64,000 bases of DNA from Heterodontus francisci (taxonomy: Eukaryota), in assembly GCF_036365525.1 (NCBI RefSeq), contig NC_090417.1:7581850-7645849 (forward strand), written 5' to 3'. The notes under the pieces are model-generated. The model worked only from the letters and a program-made list of their open reading frames with translations, did not search any database and was not told where the DNA came from. This document shows, piece by piece, positions 12,959 through 25,914 of this stretch (position 1 is its first letter; each line of letters begins with the position of its first letter). Made by a program: the position numbers and the translations under genes.

Positions 12959-13329
12959 CTATCTGATTGTCAGTGCTGCTTATTTAAAGTACTCAGATTC
13001 ATCTAACCGTACTCAACATTCTTCACAGCTTATCAGCTGCCTGACCGTCCTTCACACACCTGCATGCAAGTTTAGGTGTTAAGGGTCAGCAGACTATTTG
13101 ACCACCGAAGGCTTCGCAACTGAGCCCGCTCCAGTGTTTAGCCAACAGGCCCACAATCAGGAGGTGGAACCAGGACTAATCTTGTTCCTGGCCCCTGTCT
13201 GGCGATGGTGGCTGAAGGTGGGTTGCTGACTGCCAGTGTGAAAGATGTTGTCTGTTAAACACTGCCCTGTTCACAGCTGCATCAGCGGGTGGGGAGAGGT
13301 TTCTGGCCTTGATGCTCCTCCCGGTCAAT

Positions 13330-13580
13330 AGCAACATACATTATTCATACAACAGCGTTAACATTGCAAAGCATCCCAAGATGCATTATCAAACAGACTT
13401 TGACACTGAGCCACATATGGAGATATTAGGACAGCTGGAGGTCGGTTTTAGGAAGTGTCTTAAAGGAGGAGAGAGAGGTGGAGAGGTTTAGGGAGGGAAT
13501 TCTGGAGCTTAGGGCACCAATGATGTAACAATGGAAATCAGGGGTGCCAGAATTGGTTGAATGCAGACGTCTCGGAGGGT
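13330..13580 (-). mobile_element. L2-clade LINE 3' fragment
   Basis: Reverse complement of the L2-like 3' sequence at 16.2-16.38 kb. Confidence 0.65.
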
Positions 13581-14799
13581 TTTGCTGTTGGTTCAGTTTC
13601 AGGTGAAACTAGACAGCCCCTACCAGCTGTTGGAAGTGTCTCAGCAACACAGTGTCAAAGATCTACAGCCCTGCACCCACCACCCAGAATCCTCTCACCT
13701 TCCATTGTTTCCTTGCACATTTGATATTCCAGTAACATTAACCTTTGGTCAAACAGTCCAGTTCCATTTCATTGAAAGTATGATGTGCATGACTGCCAAT
13801 CTGTCTCTTCCAATACAACTCATCCTGCTTTGTTGGCAATCTGTCTCACCTACACATCTCTTCAGCCTTTAGGTTATTTCATGCAGAAATCTGTTCCAAG
13901 ATTCAAAGTTTCATTTCAATTTGGGGCCCTGAGCTGCCTTTTTGAATTCCCAGTCACATCTTGTTGACACTTTGGTTTTTGTTTGACACTAATTTCACAA
14001 ATCCTTTTCCCAGATTGGAGCCCTGTCCCTGCTGGAGGTCTGTGAATACACAAAGCAGGGTTGGCTGTGATGGTGTCCACAGTTGAATGGCCGAGTCCCG
14101 TTACTAAATAACGTGAAGAATGTCCGCTTTGGAGCGAGACCCTGGATTGTAGAACTGTCCCCCCAAGGGAAGGAGGCAATTCCTTCAGGATGTGGGAATC
14201 AGCTGATTCCCATTCCCCAGGGAGCCTGTCCCTCAGAGTGACTACAATGATGGGCTAACTAAATCAACAATTGGTGCATCAGACTGAAGGCCCAGGGCAG
14301 AAGCTGGGTTGATAGCTTCATTTTCTGAAATAATAGAATAAAGCCAGGGAAAATGGATCTGAAAACCAGCTTTTTCAGAAAAAAAGGTTGTCTTCCACTA
14401 GTAATCTAGAAGAAAGCTCCATTACGACACTTTCAAAGTCTCAGCTCTGGGCTTAACTTCCAAATTCAGGGATGTCAGCACTGAAAGGCCCCCCAGGGAC
14501 ACGTAACCCCTGTAGAGTGCTGTTTGAAATCAAGAAGTTAATTCTCCTGGTTTCCCAGCCAACATGTGTTGCTGAAAGCAACTCCACCAAATGCTGAGCC
14601 ACTCATTCTTTCACTTCTTGCTGTTTTTGGGATCTTGTGTCCACATTAACTGCCGCATGTGCCCATTTCAAGACAACACTTCCGAATTTACTTGTGTGAG
14701 GCTTAATCAGATTTTTTCAGAGATGTGAGGAGATGTTAGACAAATGCAAGTCTTTTCCTCTTTTTCCTCCCAATCTGTTTTAGATTTCTATGATTTATT

Positions 14800-15192
14800 C
14801 TCCCTCTCTTGTGCTGGGGAGGTTGTGAGTTCAAGTCCCAAGCCAGAGACTTGAGCACAAAATCTAGGCTGATACTCCAGTGCAGTACTAAGGGAGTGCT
14901 GCATTGTCAGAGGTGCCATCTTTCTGACTGAGTCCCCGTTTGCCTGCTGAAGTTGTGGTAAATGATCCCATGACATGTTTTTGAAGAGCAGGGAGGTTCT
15001 CCTCTGTTCTCTGACCAATATTTATCCCTCAACCAGGGTCACTCACTAAAACAGATTATCTGGTTATCATTGCATTGCTGTTTGTGGGAGCTTGCTGTGC
15101 ACAAATTGACTGCTGTGTTTCCTGCATTACAATGGTGACTGCACCTCAAAAGTACATAATTGGCTATAAATGGCTTTGGGATGTCCTGAGGC
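14800..15192 (+). mobile_element. Deu-SINE (SacSINE1/AmnSINE1-like)
   Basis: tRNA B-box 'gagttcaagtccc' and Deu-type body 'cattgctgtttgtgggagcttgctgtgcacaaattg...cattacaatggtgactgcacctcaaaagtac'. Confidence 0.78.
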
Positions 15193-16009
15193 ACTCACCT
15201 GTTCACCGTTGTAACTGTCCATTGCAAAGGTGAGAGCTAATGTGTTACTTGCCCTTGGGGAGACTGGGGAAGAAGGGTTGAGGGCGAGGAGGGTGCCAGT
15301 GTGACAGATTCTGCTTTGCTTTCGTGTTGGTAAAACCTGGCCAGTTTTATTCTCTCTGTGCCTGAGAATGAGGAGCAAGGCGGACATCAGTTCACTGAGC
15401 CTAGAGCAGGGCTAGAAATTAAAAGCTCCGTTTGCTTTTTTTTTGGTTCAGGAACGCCCTGGTTATTTCCTCTACTCAGTTGCTCATAGATAAAAGCAGC
15501 ATGAATGGAGCCACAAAATTGCTGCTTTTGGATGAAGAGCGTTGGGACTGTTGCTTTCTGAGACCTGGAGTTCTGCCCAATCAGTAGTTGAGGTGATGCT
15601 GTCACTGTGGACTTTTGCCGCCTCCTGCGAATGGAGTTTGGAAGGGATTTGTTTTCTTTGAGAAAGAACATACAAGAAATAGGAGTAGGAGTAGACCATA
15701 TGGCCAGTTGAGCCTGCTCCGCCATTCAGTAATGATCATGGATCCTGTGATCGTTGCATTGCCAATAGTCATCAGACCTTTTATTTCTCCCAATACTCCA
15801 GTTGCTGGATGTCTGAAATATAAACAGAAGCTGCTGGAAATACTCAGCAGGTCTGGTAGCATCTGAATATTTCCAGCATTTTCTCTTTCTATCTTTTATC
15901 TCTGCTCCGTGTCGTTGCCTTTTGAGCTGTGATGGCAAAGCCGAAAACTGCTAAAGGGCTGTGCCAACTGCTGGCATGCAAACTATCTGTAGTCTTGAGC
16001 TCATCTAAA

Positions 16010-16385
16010 ACTCTACTGCTCATGACCTTACTCACAGCAAGTTCCATTCACCCATCACCCCTGACCTACGTCGGCTTCTAGGCCATGAGTACCTTTTTCA
16101 AAAATTCTCAACCCCTGCGTGACCTCACTGCACCCAAACCTCCCAAGAACTGCAATTGTCCAATTCTGGTCTCTTGCACATCCCTGATTTTAATCACTCC
16201 GTGCCTTCAGCTCTGGAATCACCTCCCTTAATCTCTCCACCTCGCTTTCCTCCTTTAAAACGCTCCTTAAAACCTGCCTCGTTGACCAAGCTTTTGGACA
16301 CCTGCCCTCATATCTCCTGATGTGGCTCAGTGTCAAATGTTTTCTGATGCTCCTGTGAAGCACGATATCAATGTAAGTTGTTGCT
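16010..16385 (+). mobile_element. L2-clade LINE 3' fragment
   Basis: Same family as 45640-46230 and 56750-57255. Confidence 0.7.
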
Positions 16386-18514
16386 GCAGAATGGGGTTTT
16401 TTTCCAACTCTCAAGCAGCCTCCCAGTGTCTCGAGCTGATTTGAAGAGTAAGTAGCTGAGCCATACTGGTATGTTCTGGTTAAGGTGATCTACACAAGGG
16501 TTCTATAGTCAGGCCGAGAATCCCTGGGCTAGTTGGGGTGGAAATTGTCCAGGACTCCGACCCAGAGTACTACGTGGAAAAATCAACTTAAATGTGTGAA
16601 AATTGCGATGCCACTGCAGTTGAATAGCTTACAGCAGCTGTCAGTAAAGGAAAAAAATTACCAGGGAAAGGAGCGGGGGAGCAACACACTTACATGTCTT
16701 GCAGTGTTGGCATGCCAATTGCAGCAGGTGAGGTTGTCTTCCAGTAAGATGTCATTCTGAGGAAGGGTAAACTCTCCTGGAGAGTTCTCTTCGATGTCCT
16801 GGTCAACATCCAAAACAGATTATCTGGTCAATATCTCATTGACTGTGGGAGCTTGCTGTGCGCGCTCCCATCAGTGACGACACTTCCAAAGTACTTCATT
16901 GACTGTAAAGCGGTTTGGGACATCCTATGGCTGTGAAAGGTGCTATATAAATGCAAGTTTATGCTTTTTTTAACTCCATGCCTGGCCTTTTCGGGGTTCG
17001 AGGAGGGTAAAACACAGGGGCCCATCCAATTGCCCCTCCAAAGGCAGTAGTTGGCACTCAGTGTCATTCTGGTTATGGGAAAATCCAATTGCACTGTACT
17101 ATGGTATATTGGGTCTCTCTCTTCATCCTCCTCGTCTGATGCCATCGATAGGGGGGAAAAGCACTTCACAAGCATACTAAAACTCCAGTGCCAGCAAGGG
17201 GGGCGGGGGCGGTGGCGGGGCAGCGGGGGGGGATGAAAATTAACGTCATTTCTTAGTTGCTGCAAAAATATTGCCAACAGCAGGGCAGGGACAAGCTGTC
17301 AATTATCTGTCTCTCAGGCTTACCAGCATAGTGAGTCCCTGGCACTCAGCTGGCAGTGCTGACTCTCACTGAATAAAACTGGAGGCCACAAAATAAAGCC
17401 TGCAGATCCACTTTCATTGTAGGAACCTGGCGTCACACAGTGAACACCAGTGCAGGAACTGTGCCAAGTGCTTTTTTGTTTCCCGCCTAGCTTTTTTAAA
17501 AAAAAACTTCTCTGGGATTTGGTAATTGAAAAGCAACACACAAAGTGTTAAATGACCCTTTAGAAAACATGTTTTTTTCTAACTTCTTTAAGAGTTCGAA
17601 CGTAATAGGAAATAAGGAAATGAGAAATCCAGGGCAAATTGAGTTAAGAAAATTCCTGCATAGCCTGAAGACTTTTAGGCTGGCATGAATGGAGTGGAGT
17701 GGGTGGAGTGGGGGGAGGGTGAGAGATAACAAATGAAGGAGGATAGGGAATCTCTGTGGGGGTGAAAAATGTTTGAATGGCTCTTTGCTAACCCTTTATC
17801 CAGCTGACTTCCTACAGCCATTGTTCCTGATTTCGGAAAGCAATCTGTTTGAGGCCCTGAAGCAGTCTCGCTCCCCATCACCACCACCATTGTCCCACCC
17901 TCCCCTGGCCTTGCTTAAAAAAGTCAGGCTATCTCCGACCATTTGCACATGGCTGCTGGACTCATTGACAGGGTTATTAGCTGCACAAGCTCATGTTAAG
18001 CAGCACAGAGGGATAGTTTAATCAGCACCTTCTTCATTCAGGAGAACTGGGGAGTAAATCTGCGAGGCAATTAGATACAGTGATTCTCAACGTACAGTCC
18101 AAGCTGACTTTGCCTGCTTTGTAGTTTTCCTTCTGCTTCATCCCACTTTTGTTTCACTTTAAGTGACTTGTGGATGCTATTTCTTGTTGCAGTCAGGTTG
18201 GGGGGGGGGTGGGGGGTTAACTCTTGAGCTGAAGAGTATTATTTGGAGGAGGTGGAAGAGACTCGGGCAGGTCATGGGAGGGATTTGCAAAGAAAGGCAA
18301 GGATTCTGAATACAATTTGTTGTTTGGATAGCAATTGAGGACAGGATTAAAGTTGGGCCATTCAGAGGTGACGTGACGTCAAGAAGCACTTCTTCACACA
18401 AAGGGGAATGAAAATCTGGAACACCCTTCCCCAAGAAGCTGTTGTGGCAGGGGGTCAACAGAAATTGCCAAACCTGAGATCCAATACATAGATTTTTATT
18501 TGACACACATTTCT

Positions 18515-18828
18515 CATTAACATCTCCCCCAGACCTATCTTTTGTTTCTTTACTTAACTCATTGCCATCTTCTTTTGCCTTGCACCATGATCCCCTTTGT
18601 CATTTCATCTTTCCTGCTTTCCACCTTATCACTAAACCTTCCTTTTAGGTCTTTCCCCACTCCCCACTTTCCCTGCTGAAAGCAGTTTTTCCCCCCCCCC
18701 CATTCTGATGAAGGGTCACTGAGCTGAAATGTTAACTCTGCTTCTCTCTCTCCACAGATACTGTCAGAGCTGCAGAGCATTCTCTGTTTTATTTCACATT
18801 TCCAGCATCTGCAGAATTTTGCTTTTGT
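18515..18828 (+). mobile_element. Penelope-like element terminal region with hammerhead core, nested in a CR1 3' fragment (18330-18915)
   Basis: Pyrimidine-rich stretch, then CTGATGA (18705-18711) AGGGTCACTGAGCT GAAAT GTTAACT and the family tail. CR1 sequence resumes after 18828. Confidence 0.68.
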
Positions 18829-19109
18829 GAATGGATTTTTGTTAGGTCAGTGTAATGGGGCATGTAGATCGAGTTGAAATACAGACCAGCTACAATCTAA
18901 TTGAAAGGCAGGACCCAAGTGCAAATTTTAATTCTACCTTTTCCTGCCACACTGCGGGGGGAAAAGAATCTGACGGATTTTGGCTGCAGTAACTTGACCG
19001 TTGTAATCCCCAGAATTTAGCATCTCAGTAAGCATGAGCATGTATTAAAATAGATCATTTCATATGAGTTGTTCTGATAAACCTTCCCCCAGCTCTGTCT
19101 CACTGAGTT

Positions 19110-19820
19110 TATCCTAGGGTTATAGGTAATAGGTCCAAACTAGAGTTGTATACCCTGGAATTCAGAAGGTTAAGGGGTGATTGGATTGAGGTTTTCAAGA
19201 TATTAAGGGAAACAGATAGGGTAAACAAAGAAACATCGAAAAATAGGAGCAGGAGTAGGCCATTTGGCCCTTCGAGCCTGCTCCGCCATTCAATACAATC
19301 ACGGCTGATTATCCAAACTCAGTAACCTGTTCCTGCTTTCTCCCCGTATCCCTTGATCCCATTCGCCCTAAGAACTATATCTAACTCTTTCTTGAATATA
19401 TTTAATGATTTGGCCTCAACTACTTTCTGTGGTAGAGAATTCCACAGGTTCACCACTCTCTGAGTAAAGAAATCTCTCCTCATCTCAGTCCGAAATGGTT
19501 TACCTCTTATTCTTAGACTGTGACCCCTGGTCCTGGACTCCCCCACCGTCAGGTAGATAGAGAGAAATTATTTCCACTGGCTGGGGAGTCTAGGACTAGG
19601 GAGCAGAGTCTAAAAATGCAAGCCAGATCTTTCAGGAGTGAAATTAGGAAACACTTATACACACAAAGGATGGCAGAAATTTGGAACTCTCCTCTACAAA
19701 CAGCAATTGATAGGAGATCAGTTGTAAATTTTCAATCTGAGACTGACTGACAAAAATGCTGCAAAGTTATTCAGGGATATGGGGCAAACGCAGATATATG
19801 GAGTTAAGTTGCAAATCAGA
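19110..19820 (+). mobile_element. CR1 3' fragment with a younger antisense CR1 3' end nested at ~19223-19548
   Basis: Plus-strand CR1 resumes at 'aggtagatagagagaaa'. Nested ORF 19319-19546 reads GESRTRGHSLRIRG...FFTQRVVNLWNSLP. Confidence 0.85.
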
Positions 19821-20429
19821 CATGGCTCAAAGTGCAGATAATACGCCACAAAATGGTTAGGCAAACATTGGTAGGAATTGGATTAGCCAAGTCCACACAG
19901 TGACATGTGGTGTGGATTACTGACTGAGTGAGAAAAATGCAAGGATTTATCCTGTTACAGTGCCGGATGTTGCAACAGCCGTGCTCTGGCCTCCCCACCA
20001 TCTATTCTATTTAGCAGACTGAAAAGGAGCACTCGGGAGGAGGTGAGGGATGGAGGTGTGAGTGTCACCTGTTTTCTGCAGTTGAAACTGAACTGCAGAA
20101 AACAAGTTACACTGTTGTGTATATATCAAAAAAAACTGATTTGAGCATTCTCCTGGTTGACTGTTAGATGTCAGAGAGGAGCACACAGCAAGTTGAAGCA
20201 CACTTGGTTTTGCCAACATGGATTGCTGTCTTGTGCATTGCTGCAGAACGAACATTCTGCCACAGGCTGCACGATGTGGGACAAACAGCGGAGAAGCCCT
20301 TGTACCTAATATTCCCCCTGACTTGCTGCTGCTGCTCTCTCTCTCTCTCTCTCTCTCTCTGTCTGTCTCCCCTCCCCCCAGCCCCTGAAGGTGCTGACTC
20401 CTACTGGGATACATTCTGAGGGAAATCAC

Positions 20430-20870
20430 ACTGAGCTAGGTTTGTAAATCCTTAAGTCTAGAAGATTAAGGGGTGATCAAATTGAGGTGTTTGAGCTGAT
20501 GAAAGGATTTGATCAGGTAGACAGAGAGAAACTATTTCCTCTGGTGGGGGGTATCCACAGCAAGGGGGTATAGCCTTAAAATTAGAGCGAGGGCACGCAG
20601 TGGTGAAGGCAGGAAGCACGCCTTCATATCGAGGGTAGTGGAAATCCTGGAACCTCCCACTGCCACCGCCAGCGCCACCCCCATCCAAAAGAGCTGTAAA
20701 GGTTGAGGGGGTCAATTGAAAATATCAAAGCTGAGCTTGTTCGATTTTTATTGGGTCGGAGTATGAAAGGATATACAACCAAGTGGAGCGAAGATAAGAG
20801 ATCAGCCATGATGTAATTGAGTGGCAGAGTAGGTTTGAGGGGTGAACAGCTTCCTCTTGTTCTTATGAAC
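20430..20870 (+). mobile_element. Old CR1 3' fragment
   Basis: 'agaagattaaggggtgatcaaattgaggtg...aaactatttcctctggtggggg' and a CR1 tail. Confidence 0.75.
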
Positions 20871-21299
20871 CTTGACCTGGGATTCACACATTTGCAGATG
20901 TTGTCAGATCGTGGCAAGGGTGTGAATCCTGTTCAGTTTTACTCTTTTCCACCCCCCCCCCCCACCCCCCAGAATCAGCTTCAAGGCACTGAACCCCACC
21001 CCGCTGTGTCAACAGAATATTCAAACTGGGCCACATCTGAAGCAGTGCCAGGGAAAACCGTCTCTCTATCCTCGCTGTCCAGACACACAGCTGGGGAATG
21101 AACACTGGGCAACATCTGGCACCAGGATCACCATTTCTGGTGCCATGTATTCCCGAAGCCTTCATCACATGACTACCCGCGCCCCACACCCTTGCCGTTG
21201 GTCATTGGTTCCCCCCCCATTTTCAATATTATTACAAACAAAAGTTTTCAAAGAAAATGATTAAAAACACACACACACAGGCCAGAGTGGAACATCTTG

Positions 21300-21630
21300 C
21301 AGTTGGAATTGTTTGTGTACTTTTCGGTTTGAAAACATTTTTGCCTGCAATGTTGCTGGAAGTGCGAGCTGATAACGTGTGACAAGGGCAAATGCAACCT
21401 TGGTGAAGAAAGAGACAAGCGGGGTATCTCCTTAACCAATGATTTAAAGGAATATGCGGAGGAAGCAGTGTGAATGAAAGGGGTGAATTCATTGTCAAAT
21501 CAAGTACAGAAAGAGAAATAACAAAAGGGAAAGCAAGACTGGATAAGAGAGAGGGAAAAGAAATCGAAAAACAGTATGAACTAAAATTTAAAATGAGATA
21601 TTTAAGAAAATTTCCCAACAACAATTCACA
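21300..21630 (-). repeat. Unclassified interspersed repeat (related to 35740-36240, plus strand)
   Basis: Both copies share a T/C-rich body followed by 'ggttaaggaga' in opposite orientation; alignment by eye only. Confidence 0.45.
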
Positions 21631-22059
21631 TGCTATATATCACGGATGGCTCACAGTAGTGTCCTGGAGTGTAATCTGAAGCTGCTGGAGGGTGGCCGTG
21701 ACAAGCTGACAGTGCCTTGGTTTAACGTCTCTTCTGGAAGACGGCACCTGTGACAGTGCAGCACTCCCTCACTACTACTCTGGAAGCATTGGCCTGAATT
21801 TTGTGTTCAAGTCTCAGAAGTGGGATGATGAACCCATAACCAATTGACTGAAGACCACTCAATTAGCACGCAGGGGATACTCATCCCCTAAAATGGGCAC
21901 AGAATCCAAGGCTTTTGAAGAAACAGAGGTGGTTTGAAGCCACGAGTTCCCTGTCACTTCTGAATAGTAGCGAGGTGTAGAAAGCTGCCTGGGTGTAGGT
22001 GAGGTTTTACTTTTTGGCTTGTTAAATCTAGTTGTGTGTGATGTGTAGAGGATTACAGA

Positions 22060-23067
22060 TTCCAGAGTTCAGGGGGAGGGATGCGCCCGAGCACTCTGTT
22101 ACTTTGCATGCCTTTGGAAGGGGGTTTGGAGTGAGGGGAGGAATTGAGCGGAAGGAGAGATCTCAATGACTGGAGCACACACACACACACACACACACAG
22201 CACCGAGTTGCTGCATATCATCCTGGGCCATTCAGCAACACACGCAAAAAAAACTTCAACCCAAACAAAGGATCAACAGAAGAGAGAGGAAGATTTTTTT
22301 TAAAAAAAACAGACAAAACGTTTCCCCTTTTTAAAGGTTTCAGGATCTGTAGTGGGGAACTGCACTGGACGAAGTTGAAATTGTGTTTTTTCTGTTGCAT
22401 CTGCTCAAGGCTATGTAAATCCTGCCAAGAACTTTTTTTTTCGTCTGTGAGAGGAGGAGGAGAAAGCCTGTACAGCAGTTGGCGTGTGTTTTATTCTGCT
22501 CGGGAGATGCTAGGGCGTGTGTGAGCAGCTTGAGAACTCTTTCACGTTGGCGATCCGGGCGAAGAGGGAATAAAGTGGGCTGTATGTGTGTGTGCAAGGG
22601 GGAGAAGAGAAAGAGCAAGTCATCAACCCGACTTGGGAAAGGAAGACAAAGTGTGCGTGGAGAACTGGAGCCCAGATTGGCCATCCGCTGAGCCCAAAAG
22701 CCTGGTGCTTTTCTTCTGCAAATCCTTGTACGTGTGACTTGTTTGTAGAACTGCGGCGAGTTTTCAAGCAGGAGGGGAAAAGGGAGTGGATGTTCCTGTT
22801 GGTTTGGCTGACTTTTTTTATTGGTCAAGAGAATTGGAAATTAGCCTGGTCCCCAAATTCATGTGCCTGCCTGCCGGAGGGAAGCATCTCTCTGCTTGCT
22901 CAGCTGCTGCACTGTTAACCGGGGGAGTGGAGTGGAGTGGAGGAGAGGAGAGAGTAAACTCTCCTGCCTGAGCAAGGAGACAGGGGAGCTCACCTTCACC
23001 CTCACCCTCACCAGGGAAAAGGGACCAGCAATTCCGGAGCAGCACTGGAAGCAATTCCCCAAAACAG
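22060..23067 (+). promoter_or_regulatory. FGFR1: Putative FGFR1 promoter and non-coding exon 1
   Basis: About 1.5 kb free of recognisable transposons and richer in CpG than its surroundings, ending in a strong donor 'aaacag|gtaaag' (23067/23068). Vertebrate FGFR1 has a long non-coding exon 1. The TSS is not determinable. Confidence 0.55.
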
Positions 23068-24829
23068 GTAAAGAAAACTTTGCACTCTTCGGCCACGTTG
23101 TGATTCACACTTCGCCCATTCACTTCACTTCACTTCATTCATTCATTTCCCCCTCCCTCAATCCTCCTCCGTTTATCCTGGATCCCTGCAGACTTTTCCC
23201 GAAAATTCCCCCCTTCCCCCGGAAAATCAGTCGCCTGTTAGATTTTATTTCTGAAAGATTTGAGATGGAAATGCATTTAGACAAGTAAGTGAGTTAAAGT
23301 GAGTGTACTCGGTCTGTCTCTCTGATTTTTGGAATAAGTGTGGTCAGTTTTTTGCCCCACAGCTTCTGTGATCTTTTAAAGCGCCAGAGGACTGTGTTAA
23401 GAGTGGGTGACGACTGTGCACGTTTTCACATTTGTGGGTCCCACCAAAAGTGATTTAAAGCGGCAATGCTTACCGCTGGGGCGCCAATTTTGTTCATATC
23501 GATTTCTTAAGTTTGATGTGTTTTTTTTGAAAACAGCTCGTCTTTGAAAAGCTTGAGTGTGTAAGCACCTTTTCTGCATTATTAATAGAACCTGCTCTGC
23601 ATTCTTTCTCATGGAGCCAAGCACAATCAGTTTTCAGTCAGATCGAGATTGGAAGGGAAAGGGTCTTTGACCAACTGATAAAGCCAGGATAGTGTTGGAT
23701 CAGCTGTGGGAATGTTGAAAGCAAAGGAAGAGTTTTGATGACTAGCTGGCTTTGTATGTCAGTCGAGTTGAATCTGACTATGATCTTGTCATTTGTCGAA
23801 GATGTAGCCTGGATCGTCAATCGATCCCATACACCATCAGAAACAGACATGGACATATCGAGCAAAGATTCTTTGGCTGTAAAGTGCTTTGAAACATCCT
23901 GAGGTCATGAAAGGTGCTATATAAATGCAAGTGCTTTTTTGCATGATGGAGAGATTTGGGCTCACCCAGTTTCGGCTGCACGACTGCACGGAGACCTGAG
24001 TATCAGTCCTCAGCCTAGAGCAGGAGTAAACAATCCCTCCAGGAAGACCAGTACAGGCTGTTTTCTGACCTCAATAGGTTGCTTTGCGCCAATTTAACTC
24101 TGTGAAGCAGTCAACAATAACAACTTGCATTTTAATAGCACCTTTAACATCGTAAAACATCCCAAGGCATTTCACAGGAGTGTGGGAAGACGAAAAATGA
24201 GATTTTTAAACATCTGAGTTATATACATGTAAATCTAGGAGTCAAAACAAGTGATAGGTTGAGATAATCTCTCAATTTCATTGTGACATATCAGGTACTG
24301 TTGGTGTCCTCTTGCTTCTGTTTATACACCATACAAAATGGATTATTATTTCACCCTTTGACATCCATTTCATTACAGCCACATCTGGACATGTATCTAT
24401 GGTGCTTTATTCCTGGGTTAAAGGGGTGGGACCGGGGTAGGTGAAGGGCAGGGGGGCGTGGGGGTGCAGTCTCTTGCTGGAACAGTCTGCTGGGTTGGCT
24501 GTCAAATGAAGACAGTGGTTGTCTGGTGAACACACTTACTGAGCTCACACGTGCTGGCCTGGCCATGTGATATCATGTATTGCAGACGTATCAGAAACTG
24601 TGGAAGGGTACCCCACCATGAACCAGCAGCTTCAGGAGACTTGGGAGACAGAATCAGGGATGGGAAAGTAAATGAAAGGATTTTGTGCTTGTCAGAACAA
24701 AGGATGAAACTTTTGCAAAGTAATCCGTTTAATCAGACACTGAGCAGCTTATCCAGTAACATACAGGAAAGTTCAGAGAAGTGGCAGCTTGTGCTGATGT
24801 TAGTGTTCAAGATAAGTTTTGTATCAAAG

Positions 24830-25228
24830 AGAAAAAGAACTTGTATTTATATAGCGACTTCCATGACCTCAGGATGTTTCAATGCACTTTATAACCAATG
24901 AAGTGAAGTGAATGTGGTCACAGTTGTAAAATAAGAAATGTAGCAGTCGGTTTGCACACAGAATGTCTTGTGATCAGATAAATTATTACAGTTGAGGGAT
25001 AAGTATCGGTCAGTACATTGGAAGAACTTAGCTCCCTTTCTCCAAACTGAGGACCTGTCGACCCTCTCAGGTTAACATCTCATCTGAGATGCACCAGCTC
25101 TGAGTGGGCAGCACTCTGTCAGTACTGCACTGAATTGTCAGACTTGATTTTTGTTCTCAAGTCTCTAAAGTGGGGCTTGAACCCACAACCTCCAACACAA
25201 GAGTGCTACCCACAGAGCCACAGCTGAC
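24830..25228 (-). mobile_element. Deu-SINE (SacSINE1/AmnSINE1-like)
   Basis: Reverse complement of the 14.8 and 47.6 kb copies, including the tRNA head. Confidence 0.72.
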
Positions 25229-25914
25229 ATATCATGTTTACTGGAGTCTGGTTTATGTGTAGATGACAATTCTGATTGATTTAATTGTTTTTGAGTTTCC
25301 AATTCTTGACATGAAGAGTGAACGAGGAAGGGTTACGCACCTGGGAATGGTGTGCACGCATGAGGAATGTGTTTATCCAGCTTCCTAGATTGCTTCGTGG
25401 CCAAGCACAGGACTGAGTAACACTGTGCAGCAGTGAGCTCTCCAGTTTCTCTGAACCTTTCTCATGCACCTGTCACTGCATCTGGCTCTGTTTTACCAGA
25501 GGATTAGAGCAATCTGTGTAACACAAGCAGGTCAGTGCATTTGTTAAACTGCACGCACACAAGAATTTGATGGGCCTCAATCTCTACCTCAGTGTGCTTC
25601 GAGGATTGTCAACACCCAGGAAGTGCCAGGACTGTTCCTCAATCCATGCAGATTAACTACATCATCTCAGACCTCTTAAAACATAGGTGAGGGCAAAAAA
25701 AAAATAGCTTCCATTCATTGTTCACTGACACCTGTCTGCTGACTTCAGTGGATGGCAGGCTCAGGCTTGGCTGTGAAGCTCTCCTGAGTTGAATAGTAAC
25801 TGGGTGAGATACCTGAGGGCTGCAGGCACCTTTGGAACTTTATCCCTGTAACAACCATTAAACTTCTGCAGAGTGTGGAGGTGAAAGGACAAAATATAAA
25901 TGCATCACATTGAA

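Noticed and set aside
20335-20360. (CT)n tract, and similarly (GGT)n at ~37376-37402 and (CT)n at ~60715-60740
   Set aside because: Ordinary microsatellites with no further signal.
22144-23288. Overlapping ORFs of 100-160 aa in the promoter region
   Set aside because: No recognisable protein features; consistent with chance ORFs in a GC-richer leader.
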